A stretch of DNA of 64,000 bases from an uncultured Anaerolineales bacterium (GTDB lineage: Bacteria > Chloroflexota > Anaerolineae > B4-G1): positions 18,351 to 82,350 of the forward strand of contig CAYMWP010000003.1 of NCBI GenBank assembly GCA_964393895.1, written 5' to 3'. Under the pieces are notes generated by a model that did no database searches, was not told the DNA's origin, and saw only the letters and a program-made list of their open reading frames with translations. Position numbers and translations under genes: made by a program. Each line of letters opens with the position of its first letter. The first letter of the stretch is position 1. Shown here piece after piece: positions 27,360 through 36,267 of the stretch.

Positions 27360-28139
27360 CTATCCTTGTGGCTCGGCCTGGAGTTCTTGCTCGGCGTGGG
27401 CTTCTAGTTCTTCCGGCAGCGGGAAGCCGCGATTCACCAGCGCCTCTTCCAGGGCGCGGATGATCGTCTCAAAGACCTTGACCCGCGCCCAGCGGTAGTT
27501 GGTCGCCTCCACGATCGTCCACGGGCCCCACTCGGTTTCGGTACGCTCCAGCATCTCCTCGACGGCGAGCAGGTATTCGTCGTATTTGCGGTGATGCTCC
27601 CAGTCCTCCGGTTGGACGTGCCAGCTCTCGAGCGGATCTTTTTCCAATTTCTTAAAGCGCTTTTTCTGTTCTTTCTTGCTGATGTGCAGCCAGAACTTTA
27701 TAATGACGTAACCATCGTCGGCGATGGTGCGCTCAAAATTCACAATGTCCCGATAGGCCTTGCGCCACTTTTCCTCGGGCGTAAAACCCTCCACCCGCTC
27801 GACCACCACGCGGCCATACCAACTGCGGTCGAAAATGGCCATCTCGCCATAGTTGGGCAGCTTTTGCCAAAAGCGCCACAGCCAGGGCATGTGCGTCTCG
27901 AACGTGCGCGGGGCCTGGATGGGGTAGAGCTTGAAGCCACGCGGCTCGAGTCTCTGGGTAAGCGCCTTGATGGACGTTCCCTTGCCGGCCGCGTCCCAGC
28001 CTTCAAAGACGATGATGCTGGGAATGTTGGCATCCCAGCACGCCTTTTGTAGGTCGTACAGCCGGGAGCGCAGACCGGGCATCACTTCTTTGTACTGCTT
28101 CTTTTTCAGCTTTTTGGTCAAGTCTACTTTTTCTAACAC
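27360..28139 (-). CDS. Polyphosphate kinase 2 family protein (second tandem copy)
   Basis: 259 aa. Motifs IVFEGWDAAGKGTSIKAL and DRSWYGRVVVERVEGF. Paralogous to the adjacent gene. Confidence 0.9.
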   Translation of the reverse strand: MLEKVDLTKKLKKKQYKEVMPGLRSRLYDLQKACWDANIPSIIVFEGWDAAGKGTSIKALTQRLEPRGFKLYPIQAPRTFETHMPWLWRFWQKLPNYGEMAIFDRSWYGRVVVERVEGFTPEEKWRKAYRDIVNFERTIADDGYVIIKFWLHISKKEQKKRFKKLEKDPLESWHVQPEDWEHHRKYDEYLLAVEEMLERTETEWGPWTIVEATNYRWARVKVFETIIRALEEALVNRGFPLPEELEAHAEQELQAEPQG

Positions 28140-28159
28140 TTTTCGCCTCCCCCGATTGA

Positions 28160-28190
28160 GACCCTGGGGGTTTCAGAAAACCCTAGAGTC
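28160..28190. repeat. Palindromic element copy (imperfect)
   Basis: GACCCTGGGGGTTTCAGAAAACCCTAGAGTC lies between PPK2 and adk. The adk stop codon lies inside it. Confidence 0.75.
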
Positions 28191-28851
28191 TGTTTACAAC
28201 AGCACGCAGTTCGGCCTGCACTGTCTCTATGGATTGGTCGCCATTGACCTCGACCAGCACACCCTGGTCTCGATAGTAATCAATCAGCGGGCTGGTCTGT
28301 TCCCAATAGACTTGGAGTCGCTTACGAACTGTCTCTGGTTTGTCGTCGTCGCGCTGGTACAGCTCGCCCCCGTCTCTATCACACACCCCTTCCTCTCGGG
28401 ATGGGTTGAACTGGACGTGGTAGGATTCACCACACGTACGGCAGATGCGGCGTCCACTCACCCGCTCGACCAGCACCTCGTCTGGCACGGCGATGTTGGG
28501 TACCAGCTTGATCCTGTGCCCCTGGGCGGCCAGCGCCTCGTCGAGCGCCTCCGCCTGAGCGATGGTGCGGGGGAAGCCATCCAGCAGCGCGCCGCCGGCG
28601 CAATCCGGCCGGCTCAGGCGATCCATGACCATAGCTATGGTGATGTCGTCGGGCACCAGTTCGCCGCGATCCATGTACTTTTTGGCCTCTAGGCCTAATT
28701 CGGTCTCGCCCTTGAGGTTCTCCCGGAATAGATCGCCGCTGGCGACGTGGGGCAGGTCGAGCGCCTGGCGCAATTGGGCCGCCTGAGTCCCCTTGCCCGA
28801 GGCCGGCGGGCCGAGAAGAACGATGAACGTAGGCTCTTTTGCCATAATCAC
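28183..28851 (-). CDS. adk: Adenylate kinase with a Zn-ribbon lid
   Basis: LLGPPASGKGTQAAQL, GDLFRE, and a lid with RRICRTCGESYH...CDRDGG. Confidence 0.95.
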   Translation of the reverse strand: MIMAKEPTFIVLLGPPASGKGTQAAQLRQALDLPHVASGDLFRENLKGETELGLEAKKYMDRGELVPDDITIAMVMDRLSRPDCAGGALLDGFPRTIAQAEALDEALAAQGHRIKLVPNIAVPDEVLVERVSGRRICRTCGESYHVQFNPSREEGVCDRDGGELYQRDDDKPETVRKRLQVYWEQTSPLIDYYRDQGVLVEVNGDQSIETVQAELRAVVNRL

Positions 28852-28882
28852 ACCTCCATTGGGGTTATGTCTTGGAATGTAA

Positions 28883-30796
28883 TCACGATGGCGTCGCTGC
28901 CAATGCCACCGTGCGACTAAAATCGGCGCTATGAAAGTACGCCCAGGCCCGGGGGAAGGTGTCCAACAGATGTTGGATCTCGGATTGCCGGGCTGCCAGA
29001 TAAGCGGCTACGCCGGGCGCTACGATCGTCTCTGTGGGCGAGGTGGTCGCATTGCTGCCGGCCTGGGTGTGGCCCCACGTACCCCAGGTCAAAAAATCGC
29101 GCAGCAGATTACTGGCCACCACCGCATCCTGGAGATCCCCCAGGTGATCTTGCAGCCCCTTTATCTCTTTGATCACCCCCTTGGTTTCGGGCGCCAGTAC
29201 CTCCTCGAAGAATTCGAGCGTGTAGCGCAACCGCTTGGCAGCGATGCGGAGCAGATGCAATCGCTCTAACGGAACGTCGGACTTGGTCACCCACTCGTCA
29301 TAAGCCAGGAAAGCGGCCAATCGCTGGTACACGGCCACCGGCGCGACGTGCCGCAGTCGGTGGGGCAATGGCTCGCCTTTCTCCGAGAGTACAGGGAGCG
29401 CCGCATTGCCCGGATTCTCCAATAACTCGGCGAACCGCTTTTTGAACTGGGCGTAGCGATCGCTATCCAGGTAGGCCAGCATCTTTTCTCTGGCCTTTTC
29501 CCGCTCCGTTTCCCAGGCCGCCCGCAGCGGAGATAGATCGCTCTCCTGTTCTGGAGGCAACGTATCCAGGTAGCGTTCGGTTTTTTCCCAGAACACGTCC
29601 AGGTCTCGCACATTCCCCAGTGCCCGGCCGGTGCGTCGCAAGTCCTTGAGGGTTGGCCTCAACTGCTTCATATCCAGATGATGACCAAACACCCGGAAGG
29701 CGGCCCGCATCCGCCGGGTGGCTACCCGCATGTCGTGCAGTTCTTCGATGTCCTCGCCCAGCCGGGTGCCCGGCTCGTGGTACAGCATGTGCTGGAAGTG
29801 GAAGTGGAACGTCTTGCGCGCTGCCTCGGCCATCGAGTCGTTCGCTTTTAGCCCTGGCTCTTTGGGTGGTTTTTTGAGCTTGGGAGTTGGACGAACCGGA
29901 CGCGCGACCGGAGGGCGGGCTGGTTCTTTTGATTCTGTGGGGAGGGGATCTGGGGCAACTGGCCCAGTCTTGTCCAGGGCGGCGCCGGAAAAGATGTCCA
30001 GTCGTTCTCGCTGAAAAGCCGCCAGCCAACGCCGCACCGTGCGCGCCGATCTCTGAGCCTGCTCGCCGGCCTCCGCCTGCGTCGCTCCCCCGTCCAGCGC
30101 CAGGAGCGCGCGTGCCCGGAGACCATCCAGATCGTCCCGTCCGGCCACCTGCTGGCAGATAGCGCGCTCCTGAGGCGTCAGCAACCGCTCTTCCAGGAAG
30201 GCCAGCGCCCGCTCGAACTTGGAGCGAGGCTCAGGCTCCAGTCCCCATTCCTCCTGCAGGCAGGCCACGATCGTCGCCAACTCTTCCTCGCTCCCTTGGG
30301 CCGCCAACTCTACCTCCAGCTCCAGATAGGTTTGCTCGGCTCCCTCGCTGGTCAGGCGCACGTCGTCCAGGCTCAACTCGGCCATCGTTTGCCGGCCCCG
30401 TTTCACCTGGCGCACGCTTCGTGTCTGTTGGAGGGAGAAAAGCGGCCGGAGTGGAGCCTGCCCGATCAATGCGAGTACCCGTTCACGCACGGGGCCGGCG
30501 GGCCACTCGGTGGGCGGCGCGGCGGCGGGCAGCAGTATCTCTAACTCCTCCCGCCGGTGGACGGCGCCCTCGGCTCCTCCCAGACCCTTGAGGGTGATCA
30601 GTATCCCTCCCTCCTGTTCTCGCTGGCGGCAGGCGTAACCGGCGGCCAGGATCGGCCGGTCAGCCGCGTCCAGGTAGGTATCGCGCACCTGTTTGACCTG
30701 GCGCGCCGCGAGCGCGAACCCGGCCAGGCGGTCGGCCGCCTGCAAGCGTTGGAAGATTCCCATCGTGGGGACAACGAACTTGGCTTCGATTTCCAT
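28883..30796 (-). CDS. CYTH (triphosphate tunnel) - HTH-like insert - CHAD domain protein
   Basis: N-terminal MEIEAKFVV CYTH start. A central HTH-like stretch (GGATQAEAGEQAQRSARTVRRWLAAF) and a Pro/Lys-rich linker. C-terminal CHAD (LHDMRVATRRMRAAFRVFG ... LHLLRIAAKRLRYTLEFF). Confidence 0.85.
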   Translation of the reverse strand: MEIEAKFVVPTMGIFQRLQAADRLAGFALAARQVKQVRDTYLDAADRPILAAGYACRQREQEGGILITLKGLGGAEGAVHRREELEILLPAAAPPTEWPAGPVRERVLALIGQAPLRPLFSLQQTRSVRQVKRGRQTMAELSLDDVRLTSEGAEQTYLELEVELAAQGSEEELATIVACLQEEWGLEPEPRSKFERALAFLEERLLTPQERAICQQVAGRDDLDGLRARALLALDGGATQAEAGEQAQRSARTVRRWLAAFQRERLDIFSGAALDKTGPVAPDPLPTESKEPARPPVARPVRPTPKLKKPPKEPGLKANDSMAEAARKTFHFHFQHMLYHEPGTRLGEDIEELHDMRVATRRMRAAFRVFGHHLDMKQLRPTLKDLRRTGRALGNVRDLDVFWEKTERYLDTLPPEQESDLSPLRAAWETEREKAREKMLAYLDSDRYAQFKKRFAELLENPGNAALPVLSEKGEPLPHRLRHVAPVAVYQRLAAFLAYDEWVTKSDVPLERLHLLRIAAKRLRYTLEFFEEVLAPETKGVIKEIKGLQDHLGDLQDAVVASNLLRDFLTWGTWGHTQAGSNATTSPTETIVAPGVAAYLAARQSEIQHLLDTFPRAWAYFHSADFSRTVALAATPS

Positions 30797-30951
30797 CTTC
30801 TATACCTCGCGAGTCAAAGATAGGCGGGCTGTTGGAGAGATGTAGTTTAGCCCCTCGTGGGCGGCAAAGTAGTTCAAAAACAGGCACGAGGCTCCATATT
30901 ACCAGGTTCTCCGACGAGCTGCTAGATACGAGTATATACTATCTGGCCGGA

Positions 30952-31176
30952 TTAGCAAAGTTGGCTTGGGGCGTATTCTAACGCCCTGTAGCGTGCTGCT
31001 AACTTTATCCAATCGTGTAGCTCCCAGCCCGGCGGCTCTTCCAGGTACCCGGCGATTTCTTCGGTGACTATCACGACCTCGCCGGTTTCCAGGTCTAGAT
31101 AGCACTGCATCTCCCAGGAACTGTTTTGGAAAGCGCTCTCTAGCTCTATCCAGTCAATCTCGAGTTTGCGGGTCAT
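30952..31176 (-). CDS. Small acidic protein, possibly UPF0158-like
   Basis: 74 aa ORF overlapping the recQ stop by 23 nt. The family assignment rests on weak recollection only. Confidence 0.4.
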   Translation of the reverse strand: MTRKLEIDWIELESAFQNSSWEMQCYLDLETGEVVIVTEEIAGYLEEPPGWELHDWIKLAARYRALEYAPSQLC

Positions 31177-34100
31177 TCGCCCCTTCTTCCTGGCGCTCGT
31201 GCACCAATTCGATCAATTCTGCTCCATACCGCTCCAGCTTGCGCGGGCCGACTCCCTTCAACTCAGCCAGAGCCTCCAGCGTGACAGGCCGGTGCGCGGC
31301 GATGGCCCTCAGGTGGCTATCGTGAAAGATGACGTAGGGCGCGACCTTTTGCGCGCGAGCCTGCTCCAGCCGCCAGGCGCGCAACTTTTGGAACAGCGCT
31401 TCGTCCACGTCCGGCCCTGCGCTCTCTTCTGGGGATGGTTTGCGTGACTGCGGCTCCCTCACCGGAGCGACCAGGCTATCCAACGCGGCCGGGTCTTGCA
31501 GCGCCGCCCGGCCTGCGGGGGCGAGCTCGAGCACATCGCCGCCGTGATAGAGCCGCCGCGCTTGCAGGAACTCGCCGCTTTCCAGGAGGCCCAGCATGCG
31601 CTCGACGGCCGCCGCCGAGCGAAAGGCCAGCTTTCCGAAACAGGCGTTCTCACGGGCTTTTTCCTTGAGGGGCTGCCTACCGTGACGCGCCTCATCGTCG
31701 CCGCGCAGGATGCGGGCCAGCGTGAGCCGTCCCCAGCTCCATTCCGCGTCCGCCACGCAGCGCAGAACGGTCAGCAGTTGCTCCCGCTCGCCGGGCAGGC
31801 CGGTGTCCGGCGGTGGCTGAATCTCGACGCAGTTATCACAGGCGTCGCAACGCTCGATGGCGCGCCCGCCCAGGTAAGAGTTGATGTAGCCGTGACGGCA
31901 GCGACGGGTGCGGGCGTAAGCCGTGATCTCGTCCACCCGCTGGGCCTGCACCGTCTCATACCGCTCCAGCAGCGTCTCGACCCGTTCGGCGGCGTCTGCG
32001 GGCGGCGGCGGCAGCTCCAGCAGCCAGTCCCGCCCGGCCGGGTAATAGTTCAGCCAGCCCGCGTCGGCCCACTCCAACATCCGCCGCTCCACGCCGTCGA
32101 GGGGCAGGTCGGCCCGCCGCGCCACGTCCGCCAGGTCGAGCGTCAGGGATTGGTCGGGCCGCAGGTGGGCGGCCTGGCGGAAGGCGTCAAACTCGTCTGG
32201 CAGGATACTGGCGATCTGTAGGGTCGTATCTTGCCTGACGGCGGCTGTCAGGCGGACGGTCCCGCTGCGGGGAAAATCGGGGCCGCGCCGTAGTAGACCT
32301 GCCTCCTCCAGCAAGCTCAGAGCGACCCGGATGCGCGTTCTGTCGGTTCGCAGGTCGCGCTCCAGGTTCGCCGCCACGATCCGGCCGGACGAGTGCTCAC
32401 CCAAACGGCGCTTGACGGCCCCGTAGACGGCCCGCAGGAACTCGACCGGCAGCGCGTCCCGGCGGATGCGACGGGACAGCACAGCTCGGTCCGACAGGGC
32501 GTACATCAACAGGCAGCGGGCGGGCAACCCATCGCGCCCGGCCCGTCCGGCCTCCTGGTAGTACGCTTCCAGCGAGTTGGCGGGGACAAAGTGAACGATG
32601 AAGCGAATGTCGGCCTTGTCAATGCCCAGGCCAAAAGCGATGGTCGCCACGACGACGCGGATGCGGCCGGCCATAAAGTCATCCTGCACCTCGGCCCGGT
32701 TGGAGATGCCGGCGTGGTAGTGACCGGCGTTGACGCCGTGAGAGCGCAGCAGCGCGGCCAGTTCCTCGCAGCGGGCGCGGGCGCCGGCGTAGATGATGCC
32801 GCTGCCCGGTTCGCTTTTGCAGAAGGACAGCAGGTGACGCAGTTTATCGTCGCTGGCGCGGGCGTAAAAGACCTCCAGTTGCAGGTTGGGGCGGGTCACG
32901 TCGCCGGCGACGACGCGCATGTTGCCCAGGTGGCGGATGATGTCGCGCCGCACGCGGGGCGGGGCGGTCGCCGTCATCGCCAGGAGCGGCGGGTTGCCCA
33001 GCGCCTGCCGCGCTCGCCCGATGGTGAGATAGTCGGGCCGAAAGTCGTGGCCCCACACACTGACGCAGTGGGCCTCGTCAATCACCAGCCGGTTGACGCC
33101 CGCCCGTCGCAGCGCGTGCAGAAAGGGGGGCTGGCGCAGCCGCTCCGGGGCGGCATAGAGCAGGCGGTAGCCGCCGTCGGTGACTTGCCCCAGCCGGGTG
33201 CGCAGCGCGTCCCGTTCCAGGCTGCTGTTGATGGTGGCGGCCCGGCCCCGCACCCCGGCCGGCAGCGAGTCCACCTGATCCTTCATCAGCGCGATGAGGG
33301 GCGAGATGACGAGCGTCGTGCCGCGCTCGGCCAGCAGGGCGGGGAGTTGGTAGCACAACGATTTGCCGCCGCCGGTCGGCAGGACGGTCAGCACGTCCTC
33401 GCCGCGCAGGACGCTGGCGATGGTCTCCAACTGGCCGGGCAGGAGGCTCTCGAAACCAAAGAGCCGCCGGATGGCTTCTGTGATGCGCTCCCGCTCCGCG
33501 TCGGAGACGGGGATTTGGTCAAAGGTGGGGAGGGGTTCGGTGGGTGGGGGTCCCTCCTCCTCCACGGGGCGCGGCGCAGGAGGCGGGCGGTAGTCCGGGG
33601 ACAGGGCGGCCCGCAGTTCGGCCAGTTCATCGGCGTGGCGGCGGGATAGCTCCGCCTCCAGGTCGGCGATGCGAGTCTCCTCGCCGCTGGCCCGAAAGTG
33701 ATCGCGCAACCGGCGCAGGTAGACGGCGGAGAGGGGGCTTTCGTCGGTCGCGGTACGCAGCAAGCGCACGGCGTAGCCGCTGGCCGTAATCCAGTCGTCG
33801 AGCAAGCGGTAGAGCGCGGCCATTCCCAGCAGATAGGCGCGGCTCTGAGGGCGCAGTTCGTTCAGGCGACGGTAGGCGGCCAGCGCGGCGTCGGTATCTC
33901 CCCGCTCCAGCTCGACCTCGCCCAGCAGTCCCCAGGCAGTCACGCTCTCTGGTTGTTCCCTGACCAAGTCGCGGGCGATCCGGTGGGCGGCATCCGAGTC
34001 GGTCCGGGCCAGGTGGACGCGGGCCAGCAGTGCGCGAGCGGTCATGGATGTCCTGATCTGCAACCGCTTTTCCATCACCATCAGCGCGTCGTCGGGCCGC

Positions 34101-34333
34101 TCCTGGGCCAGGAAGGCGCGCGCCCGCAGGTCTAGCAGCGAGACCAGGGAGGGGCGGGCCGGGATGAGCACGTCCAGGCAAGCGTGCAGGGTCTCCAGTT
34201 GCTCCCAGCGCAGGAGAAAGTTGAGCAGCCGGCTGCGCTCGCTGCCCGTCAGCCCGACCATCTGTCGCGGGGCTATCGCCAACTCGGCCAGCACGTCGCC
34301 ATTCGCAGATTCGCTATTCGTAAATTCGTTCAT
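31154..34333 (-). CDS. recQ: RecQ-family DNA helicase with an N-terminal TPR region and a C-terminal HRDC domain
   Basis: LPGQLETIASVLRGEDVLTVLPTGGGKSLCYQLPAL, DEAHCVSVWGHDFRPDY, YYQEAGRAGRDG, the Zn motif CRHGYINSYLGG...CDACDNC, and an HRDC-like C-terminus (LFQKLRAWRLEQA...). The N-terminal 290 aa or so are TPR-like. Confidence 0.9.
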   Translation of the reverse strand: MNEFTNSESANGDVLAELAIAPRQMVGLTGSERSRLLNFLLRWEQLETLHACLDVLIPARPSLVSLLDLRARAFLAQERPDDALMVMEKRLQIRTSMTARALLARVHLARTDSDAAHRIARDLVREQPESVTAWGLLGEVELERGDTDAALAAYRRLNELRPQSRAYLLGMAALYRLLDDWITASGYAVRLLRTATDESPLSAVYLRRLRDHFRASGEETRIADLEAELSRRHADELAELRAALSPDYRPPPAPRPVEEEGPPPTEPLPTFDQIPVSDAERERITEAIRRLFGFESLLPGQLETIASVLRGEDVLTVLPTGGGKSLCYQLPALLAERGTTLVISPLIALMKDQVDSLPAGVRGRAATINSSLERDALRTRLGQVTDGGYRLLYAAPERLRQPPFLHALRRAGVNRLVIDEAHCVSVWGHDFRPDYLTIGRARQALGNPPLLAMTATAPPRVRRDIIRHLGNMRVVAGDVTRPNLQLEVFYARASDDKLRHLLSFCKSEPGSGIIYAGARARCEELAALLRSHGVNAGHYHAGISNRAEVQDDFMAGRIRVVVATIAFGLGIDKADIRFIVHFVPANSLEAYYQEAGRAGRDGLPARCLLMYALSDRAVLSRRIRRDALPVEFLRAVYGAVKRRLGEHSSGRIVAANLERDLRTDRTRIRVALSLLEEAGLLRRGPDFPRSGTVRLTAAVRQDTTLQIASILPDEFDAFRQAAHLRPDQSLTLDLADVARRADLPLDGVERRMLEWADAGWLNYYPAGRDWLLELPPPPADAAERVETLLERYETVQAQRVDEITAYARTRRCRHGYINSYLGGRAIERCDACDNCVEIQPPPDTGLPGEREQLLTVLRCVADAEWSWGRLTLARILRGDDEARHGRQPLKEKARENACFGKLAFRSAAAVERMLGLLESGEFLQARRLYHGGDVLELAPAGRAALQDPAALDSLVAPVREPQSRKPSPEESAGPDVDEALFQKLRAWRLEQARAQKVAPYVIFHDSHLRAIAAHRPVTLEALAELKGVGPRKLERYGAELIELVHERQEEGANDPQTRD

Positions 34334-34337
34334 TCGC

Positions 34338-35048
34338 TCATTCGCTCCCGTAATCTGGTATCACGTGCACTCCGACGACGAGGGGCCAATACTCGCCCCG
34401 CCACTTGCGCCCCAGCCCCAGCGCCAGGTAGAGGGCCTCGGTCTCCAGGCGTTCGAAGAGTTCATCGTGCTCCAATGTCAGGTGGCCGCCTCTTGCGCCC
34501 AGCCAGGCCCGGCCCAGTGATTCCCATTTCAGGTCGGTGACGGTGATGCCGCGCTTGCCGGCGGCGCGGTGGCGGTTGTCCTCGCCCGCCAGCAGAAAGC
34601 CCATCCGCGCTTCGTACTTGCCAGAGTAGGCGTCCAGCGAGAAGTTGGCCCAGACGCGCTCCGGCTGCACCAGGCAGAGCGAGCGGGTGTGGTGGACAAG
34701 CACTTCCTCCGGGGCGCGGTCGAGATAGCGGGGGAAGAAACTGGCGCGCTTTTTCCCTTCCAGGCGGCGCAGCAGGCGCGGCCGGTGATGCACAAAGTCG
34801 GTGAGCCAGTCCTCGACGTGGGGTGGGTTGGGACGCGGCTCGATTAGATTCAGCTCGATCACGTCGCCGCACTGCACCAGCCGGCCATCGGCGTCGGTCA
34901 TGTCGCCCGGTTGGATGGTGTCAAAGTCGCGGATCGGGCGCACCCAGCGCAGGCCGGTCACCGGGTCGGGGTCGGTGGTGAAACCGGCGGTGCAGATGCC
35001 GCTGAGCATTTTGGTCATTGCCAGGATGAGGACTGGTTTAGGTGGCAT
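34338..35048 (-). CDS. Uncharacterised protein, possibly of the dual-OB-fold type
   Basis: Start moved to ATG 35048 (MPPKPVLILAMTKMLSGICTAGF...), because the longer ORF N-terminus is Pro/Arg-rich junk. It lies 4 nt from the recQ start. The family call is tentative. Confidence 0.5.
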   Translation of the reverse strand: MPPKPVLILAMTKMLSGICTAGFTTDPDPVTGLRWVRPIRDFDTIQPGDMTDADGRLVQCGDVIELNLIEPRPNPPHVEDWLTDFVHHRPRLLRRLEGKKRASFFPRYLDRAPEEVLVHHTRSLCLVQPERVWANFSLDAYSGKYEARMGFLLAGEDNRHRAAGKRGITVTDLKWESLGRAWLGARGGHLTLEHDELFERLETEALYLALGLGRKWRGEYWPLVVGVHVIPDYGSE

Positions 35049-35083
35049 GGCTAGAACACGGATTGCAGGACGGTAACGGATTC

Positions 35084-35524
35084 TTACAGATGCGCGACGG
35101 TCAGCGCCGGCAGGTGCTTGGTCCAGTATTCGGCCACCAGGCGGCGGTGGCAGTGGTCGGCGGTCGGCTCGGCGCAGAGGAGACACGGGGCGCGGCGGCG
35201 GGCCAGGATGTCGCGCCCTATTTCCTCGGCGGACCGTTTCTTTAACAGCTGGAGGAAGCCGGTCACATAAGCGGCCCAATCCTCGTCCTCGCGGTAGGCG
35301 TCGAGGATCTCGGGCGTGGGGGACAGTTCGGGATGGTGCTCGTAGGCGATGTGGAACCCCTCGCGCAGCAGGAAATCCAGCGTGTCCCGCTTGGTGTAGC
35401 CGGCCAGGTGGGAGGTGTTGCGCAACCGCACGTCAATCACCGCGTCCACGCCGGCCCGGCGCAGTTGATTGATGAACTTTTCCAGGGGTTTCTCTTTGTA
35501 ACCGATGGTGTAGATGGTTGGCAT
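35084..35524 (-). CDS. DUF488 family protein
   Basis: MPTIYTIGYKEKPLEKFINQLRRAGVDAVIDVR... and CLLCAEPTADHCHRRLVAEY, the typical DUF488 layout. Start at ATG 35524. Confidence 0.8.
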   Translation of the reverse strand: MPTIYTIGYKEKPLEKFINQLRRAGVDAVIDVRLRNTSHLAGYTKRDTLDFLLREGFHIAYEHHPELSPTPEILDAYREDEDWAAYVTGFLQLLKKRSAEEIGRDILARRRAPCLLCAEPTADHCHRRLVAEYWTKHLPALTVAHL

Positions 35525-35570
35525 AGCTGTCTCCTGGGCAAGCACGGGCTGCAAGTTTGCAAGTCGCGAG

Positions 35571-36077
35571 TTAGAAGAGGGAGAGTTGTTGGGCGATGGG
35601 TTCTCCCTCGATTTTCGCACCGTCGGGCTGGATGTGAAGCACGCGCACCCCGCGCGCCAGCAGGGTTTGGCTGATCAGCAGATGGCGGTGGCATTGACGG
35701 TGATCGCCCTCGCTGCACATGACGGCTACTCGCTCGGTGCGGGCCAGTTCGAGCAACCGGTCAATGCCGGCCTGGTATTCGTCGCTCTGCTCCACGCGCC
35801 GGTAGTCGGGGCGCTCCTGGCCGGGATCGTACAGGATCGGGTCGGACGGCCGTCCGCCGAGCGCGTCACCCATAAAGCGGTAGGCTATGCCGGCCTCTTC
35901 CAGGTCGCGGCCCAGCGTCTCCCGGTTGAACTGGTGTGTCCAACGGCTGTAGGGCTGACTGCGCACATCGGCCACGAGGGTTACCTCGTGCTGGCGCAAC
36001 AGATCAATAAAGGCCATCGTGTCGTGGTCGCTGTGGCCGATGGTGTAGACGAGTAGGTTGTTGCTCGGTTGTTCCAT
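35571..36077 (-). CDS. DUF488 family protein (second tandem copy)
   Basis: LVYTIGHSDHDTMAFIDLLRQHEVTLVADVRSQP... and VMCSEGDHRQCHRHLLIS. Confidence 0.8.
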   Translation of the reverse strand: MEQPSNNLLVYTIGHSDHDTMAFIDLLRQHEVTLVADVRSQPYSRWTHQFNRETLGRDLEEAGIAYRFMGDALGGRPSDPILYDPGQERPDYRRVEQSDEYQAGIDRLLELARTERVAVMCSEGDHRQCHRHLLISQTLLARGVRVLHIQPDGAKIEGEPIAQQLSLF

Positions 36078-36095
36078 TCGCGTCCTTGATGCTGC

Positions 36096-36251
36096 TCAGG
36101 TTTCTTGCTGCGCCAGGTGCTTTTGATAAGCTTTCCATCCCGGGCACCATTTGATGTGCCAGTGCCAGAATCGGCCAAACAGCGATTTGGGACTGGCTTC
36201 CGCTCTTTTGCGCATAGGACAATCCTCGCAGCGGATCTGGCTTTTGCTCAT
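36096..36251 (-). CDS. Cys/Trp-rich miniprotein (51 aa) of unknown function
   Basis: ATG 36251 is preceded by GAGGAGG. Translation MSKSQIRCEDCPMRKRAEASPKSLFGRFWHWHIKWCPGWKAYQKHLAQQET carries paired CxxC-like and CPGW motifs. Confidence 0.55.
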   Translation of the reverse strand: MSKSQIRCEDCPMRKRAEASPKSLFGRFWHWHIKWCPGWKAYQKHLAQQET

Positions 36252-36267
36252 GACGGTTCCTCCTCTT

